Source: an uncultured Gammaproteobacteria bacterium (GTDB lineage Bacteria; Patescibacteriota; Patescibacteriia; Magasanikbacterales; GWA2-37-8). Taken from it: 32,122 nucleotides of DNA. Position numbers and translations under genes: made by a program. The notes below the pieces were generated by a model, which ran no database searches, had not been told where the DNA came from, and saw nothing but the letters and a program-made list of their open reading frames with translations. This document shows positions 8,330 through 17,300 of this stretch, piece after piece; positions within the stretch are counted from its first letter, which is position 1, and each line of letters starts with the position of its first letter. Location: NCBI GenBank assembly GCA_964363685.1, contig CAYIJG010000002.1, positions 2,377 to 34,498 on the forward strand. The letters are read 5' to 3'.

Positions 8330-8351
8330 GGAGGTCACTAAACAATACAAT

Positions 8352-9620
8352 ATGACACAGAACACACCAGCCCAAGCTCGTTTTAGCGACCTTGGGATCG
8401 CCCCAAAACTACTTGATAACCTTGAGCGGTTGAAATTTTTGGTACCTACACCTATCCAGCACCAATGTATTCCGCAAGCCTTGCAAGGCAAAGATATTGT
8501 TGGAATTGCTCAGACTGGAACTGGCAAAACATTGGCTTTTGGTATACCCATGATTCAAATTTTGTCCCAAATCACCAGTCCAGCCCAAGGTCTTATCTTG
8601 CTTCCTACCCGTGAATTAGCTCTACAGGTAGATGAAGTATTACAGAAAATTGGCCGACCGCTTGGTCTCCGTACCGCCGTGCTTATCGGTGGCGCTTCCG
8701 CTTATCAGCAAAGACAGATGCTCGCTCGTGGTCCGCATATTATCGTTTCTACTCCAGGCAGACTGATGGACCATATCGAACAAAGAAATTTAACTCTCAA
8801 CAGAATGAAAATTGTGGTGCTTGATGAAGCTGACCGCATGTTTGATATTGGTTTTATGCCTCAGATCAAACAAATTTTGGCGCTTGTTCCAACCGATCGT
8901 CAAACACTCATGTTTTCCGCGACCATGCCGCGCGCGATTGCCGAGGTTGCTAGTCGTTACATGAAAATTCCGTTGCGCATAGAAGTTGCGCCAGCCGGAA
9001 CTTCTGCCAAAAACGTAGAACAAGAATTATTCATTGTAAATAAAGACGGTAAGACTCAATTACTGGATAAGATTTTAGCTGACAATACTGGATCAGTGCT
9101 GATTTTTTCCCGTACCAAACATGGCGCTAAAAGGATTACTATCAATGTCCGTGGTATGGGCCACACCGCCGCTGAAATTCACTCCAACCGTTCGCTTGCG
9201 CAACGCAAAGATGCTTTGGAAGGTTTCAAGCGTGGAAAGTATAGAGTGCTTGTAGCTACTGATATCGCTTCTCGTGGTATTGATGTCACTGGAATATCTT
9301 TGGTTTTAAACTATGATTTACCAGACAACTCTGAAGATTATGTACACCGTATTGGCCGTACTGGTCGCGCCGAAAGTTTTGGTAAAGCGATTTCATTTGC
9401 CACTCCAGACGAACGCGGAGATATCAAGCAAATTGAAAGACTTATTAAAAAAACAATTCCAATCATGTCTTTGCCAATTTTACCTCCACGTCGAGCCAAT
9501 TCCGCGCCAAGTTTTTTCAAAGAAGAAAATAATCAACGCCGCAGTACTTTTCCGCCAAGACGTCCGTTTGGTGGTAGTAGCGCCGGCAGCGGTAATAAAA
9601 ATTTCCGCAGACGATATTAA
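8352..9620 (+). CDS. DEAD-box ATP-dependent RNA helicase
   Basis: Q-motif region FSDLGI...PTPIQ, AQTGTGKT, VLDEADRM, SAT and HRIGRTGRA, plus a basic C-terminal tail. I place the start at the ATG at 8352 (MTQNT), because the upstream part of the tracked ORF covers the structured leader. Confidence 0.9.
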   Translation: MTQNTPAQARFSDLGIAPKLLDNLERLKFLVPTPIQHQCIPQALQGKDIVGIAQTGTGKTLAFGIPMIQILSQITSPAQGLILLPTRELALQVDEVLQKIGRPLGLRTAVLIGGASAYQQRQMLARGPHIIVSTPGRLMDHIEQRNLTLNRMKIVVLDEADRMFDIGFMPQIKQILALVPTDRQTLMFSATMPRAIAEVASRYMKIPLRIEVAPAGTSAKNVEQELFIVNKDGKTQLLDKILADNTGSVLIFSRTKHGAKRITINVRGMGHTAAEIHSNRSLAQRKDALEGFKRGKYRVLVATDIASRGIDVTGISLVLNYDLPDNSEDYVHRIGRTGRAESFGKAISFATPDERGDIKQIERLIKKTIPIMSLPILPPRRANSAPSFFKEENNQRRSTFPPRRPFGGSSAGSGNKNFRRRY

Positions 9621-9630
9621 ACAAATAGCA

Positions 9631-9670
9631 AAAAAGTGATTGCCTAAAAAGCAGTCACTTTTTTTGTTTT
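9631..9670 (+). terminator. Rho-independent terminator after the helicase gene
   Basis: 9-bp stem AGTGATTGC/GCAGTCACT (one G-U pair) followed by a T-run at 9660-9670. Confidence 0.7.
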
Positions 9671-9676
9671 TAAAAA

Positions 9677-9705
9677 TTGCCACTTAGCGGTAAGTATAGT
9701 AAAAT
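9677..9705 (+). promoter_or_regulatory. Sigma-70-type promoter (TTGCCA-17 nt-TAAAAT) for zwf-gnd
   Basis: TTGCCA at 9677-9682 and TAAAAT at 9700-9705, with a 17-nt spacer. Confidence 0.5.
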
Positions 9706-9752
9706 ATGGTTGTATAAAAAATTACAATAATCCTAAGAAAAGATTGATTTTT

Positions 9753-12113
9753 ATGCTATCTAACGAAAATAAGCATTTTGCTGTTCCTACTATATTTGTT
9801 CTCTTTGGGATTACCGGTGATTTGGTAAAGCGTAAAATTTTACCATCATTATTTAATTTGCATAAAAATAAGCTTTTGCCTGATAAATGGCAGGTTTATG
9901 GTTTTGGCCGGCGTGATTGGGATGATGAGCAGTTGCGTGTATATTTGGCTGAGCTTTTGCCAGGCAGTGATGGCAAAAACGAATTTATCAATCATTTTTT
10001 CTTTGTTCAAGGTAATTTTGACGAACCAGCTGGGTATAAAAAATTAGCTATAACCCTCGGACATGTGGACGGCCAGTGGCGCGTTTGCGCTAATAAACTT
10101 TTTTATTTAGCTGTGTCACCCGAGCATTATAAAACCGTTCTTAAGCAACTACATGAATCTGGCCTGACCACGCCCTGCAGTGATGAAGAAGGTTGGACTA
10201 GGGTTATTTTGGAAAAGCCTTTTGGCCGTGATATGGAAACTGCCGAAGAGTTGGATGCACTACTCGGAAAACTTTTCAAAGAAGAACAGATTTACCGAGT
10301 GGATCACTATTTAGCCAAAGAAACCGTCCGTAATATTATCGCGTTTCGATTTAGTAATTCTTTTTTGACACCGGGCTGGAATAATAAATACATTGAAAAA
10401 ATTGAATGTATTTTTAATGAAAAAATTGATGTGGCTAAACGCGGTGAATTTTATGATCGGGTAGGAGCCTTGCGTGATGTTGGTCAAAGCCACTTGCTCC
10501 AGCTCCTGGCTTTACTTACAATGGATCATCCTGGCACTTTTAGCGCCGATTCTATCCGCCAGGCTCGAGCCAAAACACTTAATCAACTAGAAATTTTGGA
10601 TAAAACCGGAGTCTTTCAAAATACGGTTCGCGCGCAGTATGATTCTTATCTATCCGAATCAGGAGTGCCTCCTACGAGCCAAACCGAAACCTATTTCAAA
10701 ATCAAAGCTACTATGCACACAGGACCTTTTACTGGTGTTCCTATATATCTTTCAGGCGGTAAAGCCCTACACGAAGTATCCACCGAAGTGCGAGTCACAT
10801 TCAAACATCCGCACCCATGTTTGTGTCCACCAAATCAACATCTTCAAAACATTTTGCATTATCATATCAATCCAGAAGAAAGCATGAAAATTCGTTTTTT
10901 GGTCAAAAAACCAGGCTATGATTTTTCATTGCAAGGAGAAAATTTTGGTTTTGATTATAAAGCTACTTATGCTTCCGATAGTTTGGTGGCGCCTTATGAT
11001 CAGTTGCTAGCCGATATTATTAAGGGCGATCAAACTTTGTTTATCTCCACAGCCGAAATAATGGCTGAGTGGCGGTTTGTTGAGCCGATAATAAAACATT
11101 GGCAAAATGGATCTGCTAAGTTATTAACATATCCTAAAGGCGATAAATTTGCTCCTAGTTTGCCAGCGGACACTCTTCCAGCGCTAAACAAACAGATTGG
11201 CATTATTGGTCTAGGAAAAATGGGAAATAATTTTGCTTTGCAACTGATGGAAAAAGGTTGGCGAGTGGTGGGCTACAATCGTTCTCCCGAAAAAACCCAG
11301 GAGATGATTAAGTATGGTATGGTGCCATCTTTTTCTTTGCCAGAATTTTTTTCTCAGCTATCTAGTAAGCCTCGAATTGTGTGGTTGATGTTGCCGTCTG
11401 GCGACGTGATTGATCAAACTATCTTTGATAAAGGCGGTTTGGTAGATTTTTTACAAAAAGGCGATATTATTCTTGATGCCGGTAATTCATATTACAAAGA
11501 CACTATTCGTCGTGGCAAGAAATTGGCAAAACTGGGAATTAGGTTTGCTGACGTTGGCTTTTCGGGTGGTCCGGGCGGGGCGCGCCATGGCGCTTGTTTT
11601 ATGGTTGGCGGGGAAAGAAAATTATATGACGAACTGTTACCATTGTTTGTCGATGGGGCAACGGCTGGTGGGACTGAGCATTTCCAAGGCTTAGGAGCAG
11701 GGCATTTTGTGAAGATGGTTCACAATGGCATTGAATATGGTATGATGCAGGCAATTGGTGAAGGTTTTGCGATTATGAAAAAAGCTCCATTTAAGCTTAA
11801 CCTGATTAAAATAGCTGATATTTATAATCACGGCAGTGTGGTTGAGTCCCGTCTCATTGGCTGGCTCAAAAAAGGCTTGGAAGAATATGGGCAAAATTTG
11901 GCTGATATTTCTAGTACGGTTTCCCATTTGGGAGAAGGCGCTTGGACTGTCAAAACCGCCAAAGAATTTAAGGTGGCGGCGAAAGTGATTGCAGATTCTC
12001 TATTGTTCCGTTACCGTTCTGCTAAAAATCCAAGTTATACAGGCAAAGTGGTTTCGGCTTTGCGTAATCAGTTTGGCGGACACAGTGTTAGTGTAACAAA
12101 GAAAAAGAAGTAA
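9753..12113 (+). CDS. zwf: Fusion protein: glucose-6-phosphate dehydrogenase (N-terminal) plus short-form 6-phosphogluconate dehydrogenase (C-terminal)
   Basis: The N-terminal half has GITGDLVKRK, EKPFG and RVDHYLAKE (G6PD). The C-terminal roughly 300 aa has IGIIGLGKMGNNF, GFSGGPGGARHGACFMVGG and VKMVHNGIEYG (6PGDH). It is one uninterrupted frame. ATG at 9753 is preferred over TTG at 9744. Confidence 0.85.
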   Translation: MLSNENKHFAVPTIFVLFGITGDLVKRKILPSLFNLHKNKLLPDKWQVYGFGRRDWDDEQLRVYLAELLPGSDGKNEFINHFFFVQGNFDEPAGYKKLAITLGHVDGQWRVCANKLFYLAVSPEHYKTVLKQLHESGLTTPCSDEEGWTRVILEKPFGRDMETAEELDALLGKLFKEEQIYRVDHYLAKETVRNIIAFRFSNSFLTPGWNNKYIEKIECIFNEKIDVAKRGEFYDRVGALRDVGQSHLLQLLALLTMDHPGTFSADSIRQARAKTLNQLEILDKTGVFQNTVRAQYDSYLSESGVPPTSQTETYFKIKATMHTGPFTGVPIYLSGGKALHEVSTEVRVTFKHPHPCLCPPNQHLQNILHYHINPEESMKIRFLVKKPGYDFSLQGENFGFDYKATYASDSLVAPYDQLLADIIKGDQTLFISTAEIMAEWRFVEPIIKHWQNGSAKLLTYPKGDKFAPSLPADTLPALNKQIGIIGLGKMGNNFALQLMEKGWRVVGYNRSPEKTQEMIKYGMVPSFSLPEFFSQLSSKPRIVWLMLPSGDVIDQTIFDKGGLVDFLQKGDIILDAGNSYYKDTIRRGKKLAKLGIRFADVGFSGGPGGARHGACFMVGGERKLYDELLPLFVDGATAGGTEHFQGLGAGHFVKMVHNGIEYGMMQAIGEGFAIMKKAPFKLNLIKIADIYNHGSVVESRLIGWLKKGLEEYGQNLADISSTVSHLGEGAWTVKTAKEFKVAAKVIADSLLFRYRSAKNPSYTGKVVSALRNQFGGHSVSVTKKKK

Positions 12114-12114
12114 T

Positions 12115-12741
12115 ATGTTTGAATATAAAAACATTATTGATATCTCCTTGCCTTTGGATGAAAAAACTATTGTTTATCCAGGCGACCCGCTTTTGACTAT
12201 GGAAAAAATAAAAAGCGCCGGCGGTTTTCAGCTGACTAAACTTAGTTTCGGCACTCATTTTGGTTCGCATATTGATGCTCCTAGTCATGTTTTTGATTCT
12301 GGAAAAAATTTAAATGAATTACCTTTGGATAATTTTATTGGTCCTTGTAGAGTTTTGGATGTGCGAGAATGTGATGAATCGGTTAGTAAAGAATCTTTAG
12401 AAAAATTTAATATTGTTGCCGGTGAAAGAATTTTATTGAAAACAAAAAGTTCAGAGCGTGGTTACACAGAGTTTTATAAAGATTATGTGTACCTCTCTAG
12501 TGACGCTGCGCAATATCTGGCAGATAAAAATATAAAATTAATCGGCATAGACTACTTTTCTGTAAAACAAAAAGGTTCGCTAGATAACACGCCCCATACC
12601 GCTTTTTTAGAAAAAAATATTCCGATTTTGGAAAGCATAAATTTAGCAAGCGTTGAGGCAGGGGAATACTTTTTGATGGCTGCGCCTTTGGCTTTGCAGA
12701 GTGTAGACGGATCGCCAGTGCGAGCTTTGCTTTTGAAATAA
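12115..12741 (+). CDS. Putative cyclase / arylformamidase-family metal hydrolase
   Basis: The motif GTHFGSHIDAPSH fits the HxGTHxDxPxH cyclase-family signature. It starts 1 nt after the zwf-gnd stop. Confidence 0.7.
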   Translation: MFEYKNIIDISLPLDEKTIVYPGDPLLTMEKIKSAGGFQLTKLSFGTHFGSHIDAPSHVFDSGKNLNELPLDNFIGPCRVLDVRECDESVSKESLEKFNIVAGERILLKTKSSERGYTEFYKDYVYLSSDAAQYLADKNIKLIGIDYFSVKQKGSLDNTPHTAFLEKNIPILESINLASVEAGEYFLMAAPLALQSVDGSPVRALLLK

Positions 12742-12746
12742 TAAAT

Positions 12747-13295
12747 ATGGATTTAACCCTCATACTCGGACCAATGAAAAGCGGAAAATCTTTTGATTTG
12801 ATAAGTCATTTTGCGCCATTGCAATATACCGATATTGCTCACATTCTCTATCAATCCAACCGTAATGTGCGAGATGAAAAAATTTTTTCTCGCAATGGCG
12901 TCGGTATAGAAGCTAAAAAAATTACGAGTTTGCACGAAGCCCTGAATGAAAATTTTTCCGTGATCGGTATTGATGAGATTCATATGTTTGAGCCGGAAGA
13001 TGTGCAGGTTATTGCTATTCTCTTAAAAAGAGGCACAAAAATTGTGGCGGCTGGATTGGATATGGATTATAAAGGAGAATTGTTTGAGGTGGTGAGACGC
13101 TTGTTTGAGTTAGCACCAAAAGAAGTGAAATACAAAAGATCAGTTTGCGAGGTTTGCCATCAGTTGGGTGGAGCCTATACCCAAGTGTATAGCAAAGGAA
13201 TACCTATTACTAACGGTGTTCCTTCGGTTATTCCTGATGATGGCACCTTTACTTATAAACCGGTCTGTCATAATTGTTTTGTAAGAATTAATTAG
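12747..13295 (+). CDS. tdk: Thymidine kinase
   Basis: P-loop GPMKSGKS, IGIDEIHMF, and C-terminal zinc-ribbon cysteines CEVC...CHNC. Confidence 0.85.
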   Translation: MDLTLILGPMKSGKSFDLISHFAPLQYTDIAHILYQSNRNVRDEKIFSRNGVGIEAKKITSLHEALNENFSVIGIDEIHMFEPEDVQVIAILLKRGTKIVAAGLDMDYKGELFEVVRRLFELAPKEVKYKRSVCEVCHQLGGAYTQVYSKGIPITNGVPSVIPDDGTFTYKPVCHNCFVRIN

Positions 13296-13416
13296 TGAGA
13301 GATAAAATTAAACTACTTAAAAAACGTGGTATAATATAGAAACATAAATTCAACTTTAATCTTGGAGTTAACTAAAACTGAAAGTCAGTTGGGGTTAATT
13401 TCTTCAAGAAGTTTAT

Positions 13417-14316
13417 ATGGTTTTAAAAGGGGGAATCGGCACATTATTGTTGTTATTTTTAATAACATTTTTTTTAGTAAAGCCGGTATTTGCATCTACT
13501 ACGGACGGTACTATTAGTGATGGTTACGTCTGGAGTGAAAAAATTGGTTGGATAAATTTTAAGGCCACTAATGGCAATGTCCGTATTACGGATACTGCGT
13601 TAATAGGCGATGCCTGGAGTGATTTGTATGGTTGGATAACACTTAATCCTGCCAACGGTGGTGTAATCAATAATAGCGAAGGAGTTTTGTCCGGCACTGC
13701 GTGGGGGACTAATATTGGTTGGATAGATTTTTCCGGAGTGACAATAAATTCTGAAGGTATATTTTCTGGCACGGCCAATGGTGTTAACACAGGCGTCGTC
13801 AATTTTAGTTGTACTAATTGTTTGGTACAAACTGATTGGCGTCCGGCTAGTAACCGGGCTAGCAATGAGGGAGGAGGCCATACAATTTTGCCTATCCCAA
13901 ATCCTGTAGTTACTCCGACCCAACCTACTACTTCTAGCACTACCACAACTCCTACTCCAATTACAACCAGCTCCACGCCTCCTATAAAAACCCCAATTTC
14001 GACAAAGCCTACTTCAACGGGAGGAAAAATAATTGAAGGAGTTACAGATACTACTACTGAACCTGTGCCTACAATGTCTTCCTCCACAGAAGTACCTGTC
14101 TCCGCGTTTGCTCAACTATATGCTAAGGCCAAATTATGGCTACCTAAGTTTTTTTTGTTAAACCCTGGTGGGGCAGATGGGGTAGGTACGAACATGAGTT
14201 TAACACCCGAATTTTGGTGGTCAAAATCTTTATTTTGGAAAACAACACTATTAGTTTTGGTGATTATCTTATTGTTATTTAAATTTTACAAATATTGGAA
14301 GATAAATAAAAAATAA
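13417..14316 (+). CDS. Secreted or anchored surface protein with three GWI(N/T/D)F repeats, a Thr/Pro-rich stalk and a C-terminal TM anchor
   Basis: Signal peptide LLLLFLITFFLVKPVFA; repeats IGWINF, YGWITL and IGWIDF; a TTTTPTPITTSSTPP linker; C-terminal TM segment TTLLVLVIILLLF. An extended -10 element TGGTATAAT lies at 13327-13335. Confidence 0.75.
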   Translation: MVLKGGIGTLLLLFLITFFLVKPVFASTTDGTISDGYVWSEKIGWINFKATNGNVRITDTALIGDAWSDLYGWITLNPANGGVINNSEGVLSGTAWGTNIGWIDFSGVTINSEGIFSGTANGVNTGVVNFSCTNCLVQTDWRPASNRASNEGGGHTILPIPNPVVTPTQPTTSSTTTTPTPITTSSTPPIKTPISTKPTSTGGKIIEGVTDTTTEPVPTMSSSTEVPVSAFAQLYAKAKLWLPKFFLLNPGGADGVGTNMSLTPEFWWSKSLFWKTTLLVLVIILLLFKFYKYWKINKK

Positions 14317-14378
14317 ATTATTTGGTAAACCTGTAGGTAAAATATCTTATTTAGTGTATACTATAAGCAGTGGTTTTT

Positions 14379-17300
14379 ATGCTGGATTTTCATAAAAAAA
14401 TAATACTCTCCGCCAAAGCAAAAATCATAGCTTTGCGCGAGAAAAAACTAAAAATAAAATTTGATAAGATTATAATCCTATCTTTAATTTTTGTTGGATT
14501 AGTAGTAGTTAGATATTACTTCTATCCCGCCTTTGCCAGTCCTCCTAACACTCCATATGCCCCTGGAGAAACTATCGACCCCGCCTGTTCTCCTGGCGAT
14601 GAAAATTGTACGGTATACCCACCGCTTAGTTCTACCCTTACCACCTCCACGGCCCTTACTATGGGCACGTATTCTTTGCGTTTTGCCCATAATACTGCCA
14701 ACTATACTTCTTTTACGGTAGCTGCAGATGGATCTCTGACCATTGGTGGCAATGTTTCTATTTCCGGTCTCACCAATTTAGCCAATACTCTGACCTTTAC
14801 CATGGCCAGCGGGACAAGTATTACTGCCACTAACGCATTACTAGTCAGCGCGACTACCACCAATTTGTATGTTTCCGGCAATGTGAATTTACCAAATGAT
14901 TCTATCAGTGATGGTATGGTGGTCAATAGTCTCACTGCTTCTAATTACCTCCTTTTAACCGGCGGTACCTTATCTGGCGGTCTTATCTTTACCACCGCTG
15001 GTGGCACTATGATTACCTCAACAAATTTATACGTATCAAACAAGATAGGAATAAACTCATCTACTCCTAGTGCTTCTTTAGCAATCCAAGGAGTAGCTGG
15101 GACAAATCCTTTGATCATCTCATCTTCAACCAACGCTCAATTATTTGCAGTTAGAAGCGATGGACAAGTAGTGGTTGGCCCAAATTCTCTCTCACAAACT
15201 GGGCAATTAACAATAGAAACACCAACTACAAATGACATCGCCTTGAGCTTTACTAATGGCGCTCATTATACATTTCAATTAGGGAGAGTAGCTGGAACAA
15301 GCGGACAAGCGTTTATTGGTGGGCCAAGTGGGACAAGTTTACATCTTCGTGCAGGTGGAACAGATAGGGTTTTTATAAACAATATAACTGGTAATGTTGG
15401 TGTTGTTTCTTCAACTCCTAATTCCACTTTCGTGGTTAAAGGTGTGGGTGGTATTAATCCGTTTGCCATAACCTCTTCAACCAATGCGCATTTCTTGACC
15501 GTCTTGCAAAGTGGCAATGTTGGTATTGGCACTAGTACCCCTACCCAAAAACTATCCGTAGTCGGAAATATTTCAAACATTATTGATTCGGGTACGACTA
15601 TTTCTCTTGTGGCTAGTAGCACCATAACTAACAGCCCCGATACTGTATTTGTCTCCGGTCGGTATGCTTATGTAGGTCACCAACAAGCATCTAGTAATTT
15701 AACTATCATAGATATATCAAATCCACTGTCTCCTATCACTATTAGCCTTACTACTGTCGGTGGAGTCCATGCTGGCATCTACGTTTCCGGTCGCTATGCG
15801 TATCTATCTAATAATAGTTTAAACAGCATGTCTGTTGTTGATATTTCCAACCCGTTTGCGCCAATACAAATTGCTACTACAAGCGTTGGTACAAGTCCTA
15901 CTTCTGTCTACGTTTCTGGTCGCTATGCGTATGTGATTAGCAATGCTGTTTTAGGCACTATGTCTGTTGTTGATATTTCCAACCCGTTTGCGCCAATACA
16001 AATTGCTACTACCAGCCTTGGTCAAAATCCTAGTTCCATCTACGTTTCCGGTCGCTATGCGTATGTGACTAATGATGGTTCAGACACCATGTCTGTCGTC
16101 GATATTTCTAATCCTGCAGGTCCTCAGCAGGTTGCTACAGCCGTTGTAGGTGACCGGCCTCTCTCTATCCAAGTTTCTGGTCGGTATGCCTACCTAGTGA
16201 ATCTTAATTCACACAGTATGTCCGTTGTCAATATATCCAACCCTTCGGCTCCGGTTCAGGTGGCAACCACCTCGGTTATGACGAGCCCATCAGATATTTT
16301 TCTTTCCGGTCGGTATGCCTATGTGACTAGCCTTGCCACACGAGGGATTTCAATTATTGATGTATCCAATCCGTTGAGCCCTGTTTTAATTAGTACCACG
16401 AGTATGGCTTTACAGCCTGTTTCTCTCTATGTTTCTGGTCGTTATGCCTATGTGCTTGATACTAAGTTTAATGTCTTTGACATCTCTGGCACTGAAGTCA
16501 CCAGCCTCATGGCTCATAGCGCTGAAGTAGGAAACATTCAATCAAGAAATGATATCTCAGCCCAAGGCAATGTCATGGTCGGGACTTCTTTGGTAGTAGG
16601 ATCAGGAGGTATTTTTTCGCAAGGCGGCCTATCTATCTTTGCTTCTTCCACGGGTTCCACTTCTTCTATTTTTAGCGTAGACTCGGCTCAAACGCGCGAT
16701 ATATTAAAAGTTTTTCCTAATGGAAGCATCTCTATTGGTACCAGCACGCCTAGTAATTACAAATTATATATTGAGGCAGGTACAAGCACTAATTTTGGTT
16801 TGGGCGTAAATGGTTATATAAAAGCGACTGGGTTTATCACCGGTAGCACCACCTTAGATATCGCTGAAACATATCCATTAAATCCACAATGTAGAACTGA
16901 TGGTAATTGCCCTAAAGTAGGCGATGTAGTGTGCGCGAGCCAGTATCCGTATGTCAGAGAGCCAGGAGAGTTTGGCGGGTTTTTCATTGAAAAATGTTTG
17001 ACCGCGAGTGCAGATAATATTATTGGCGTGATTTCTGGTAACCCTGGCTTTATCTTGGGTGGTAATGAAGCTAAGAATCTGGCAACTAGAGATTTATACT
17101 CAACCTCATTTATGCCTGTGGCTCTAGCTGGGCGAGTACCTGTACGTGTTTCCAATAGCAATGGGAATATACAAGCAGGAGATTATCTTACTTCCTCGGC
17201 TATTCCGGGAGTGGCCATAAAAGCTACTGACCCTGGTAAAACTATCGGTATTGCTTTACAACCATTAGATGGTAGCCATGGCACCATCACAGTGTTTGTG

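Noticed and set aside
8256-8351. N-terminal 32-codon extension of the helicase ORF, and the antisense ORF 8246-8491
   Set aside because: The extension covers the palindromic hairpin leader and has an implausible sequence. The canonical helicase N-terminus begins at the ATG at 8352.
9313-9683. ORFs 9313-9639 (+), 9338-9520 (-) and 9480-9683 (-) at the helicase 3' end
   Set aside because: They are alternative frames of the conserved helicase C-terminal region and terminator, and they have no independent signals.
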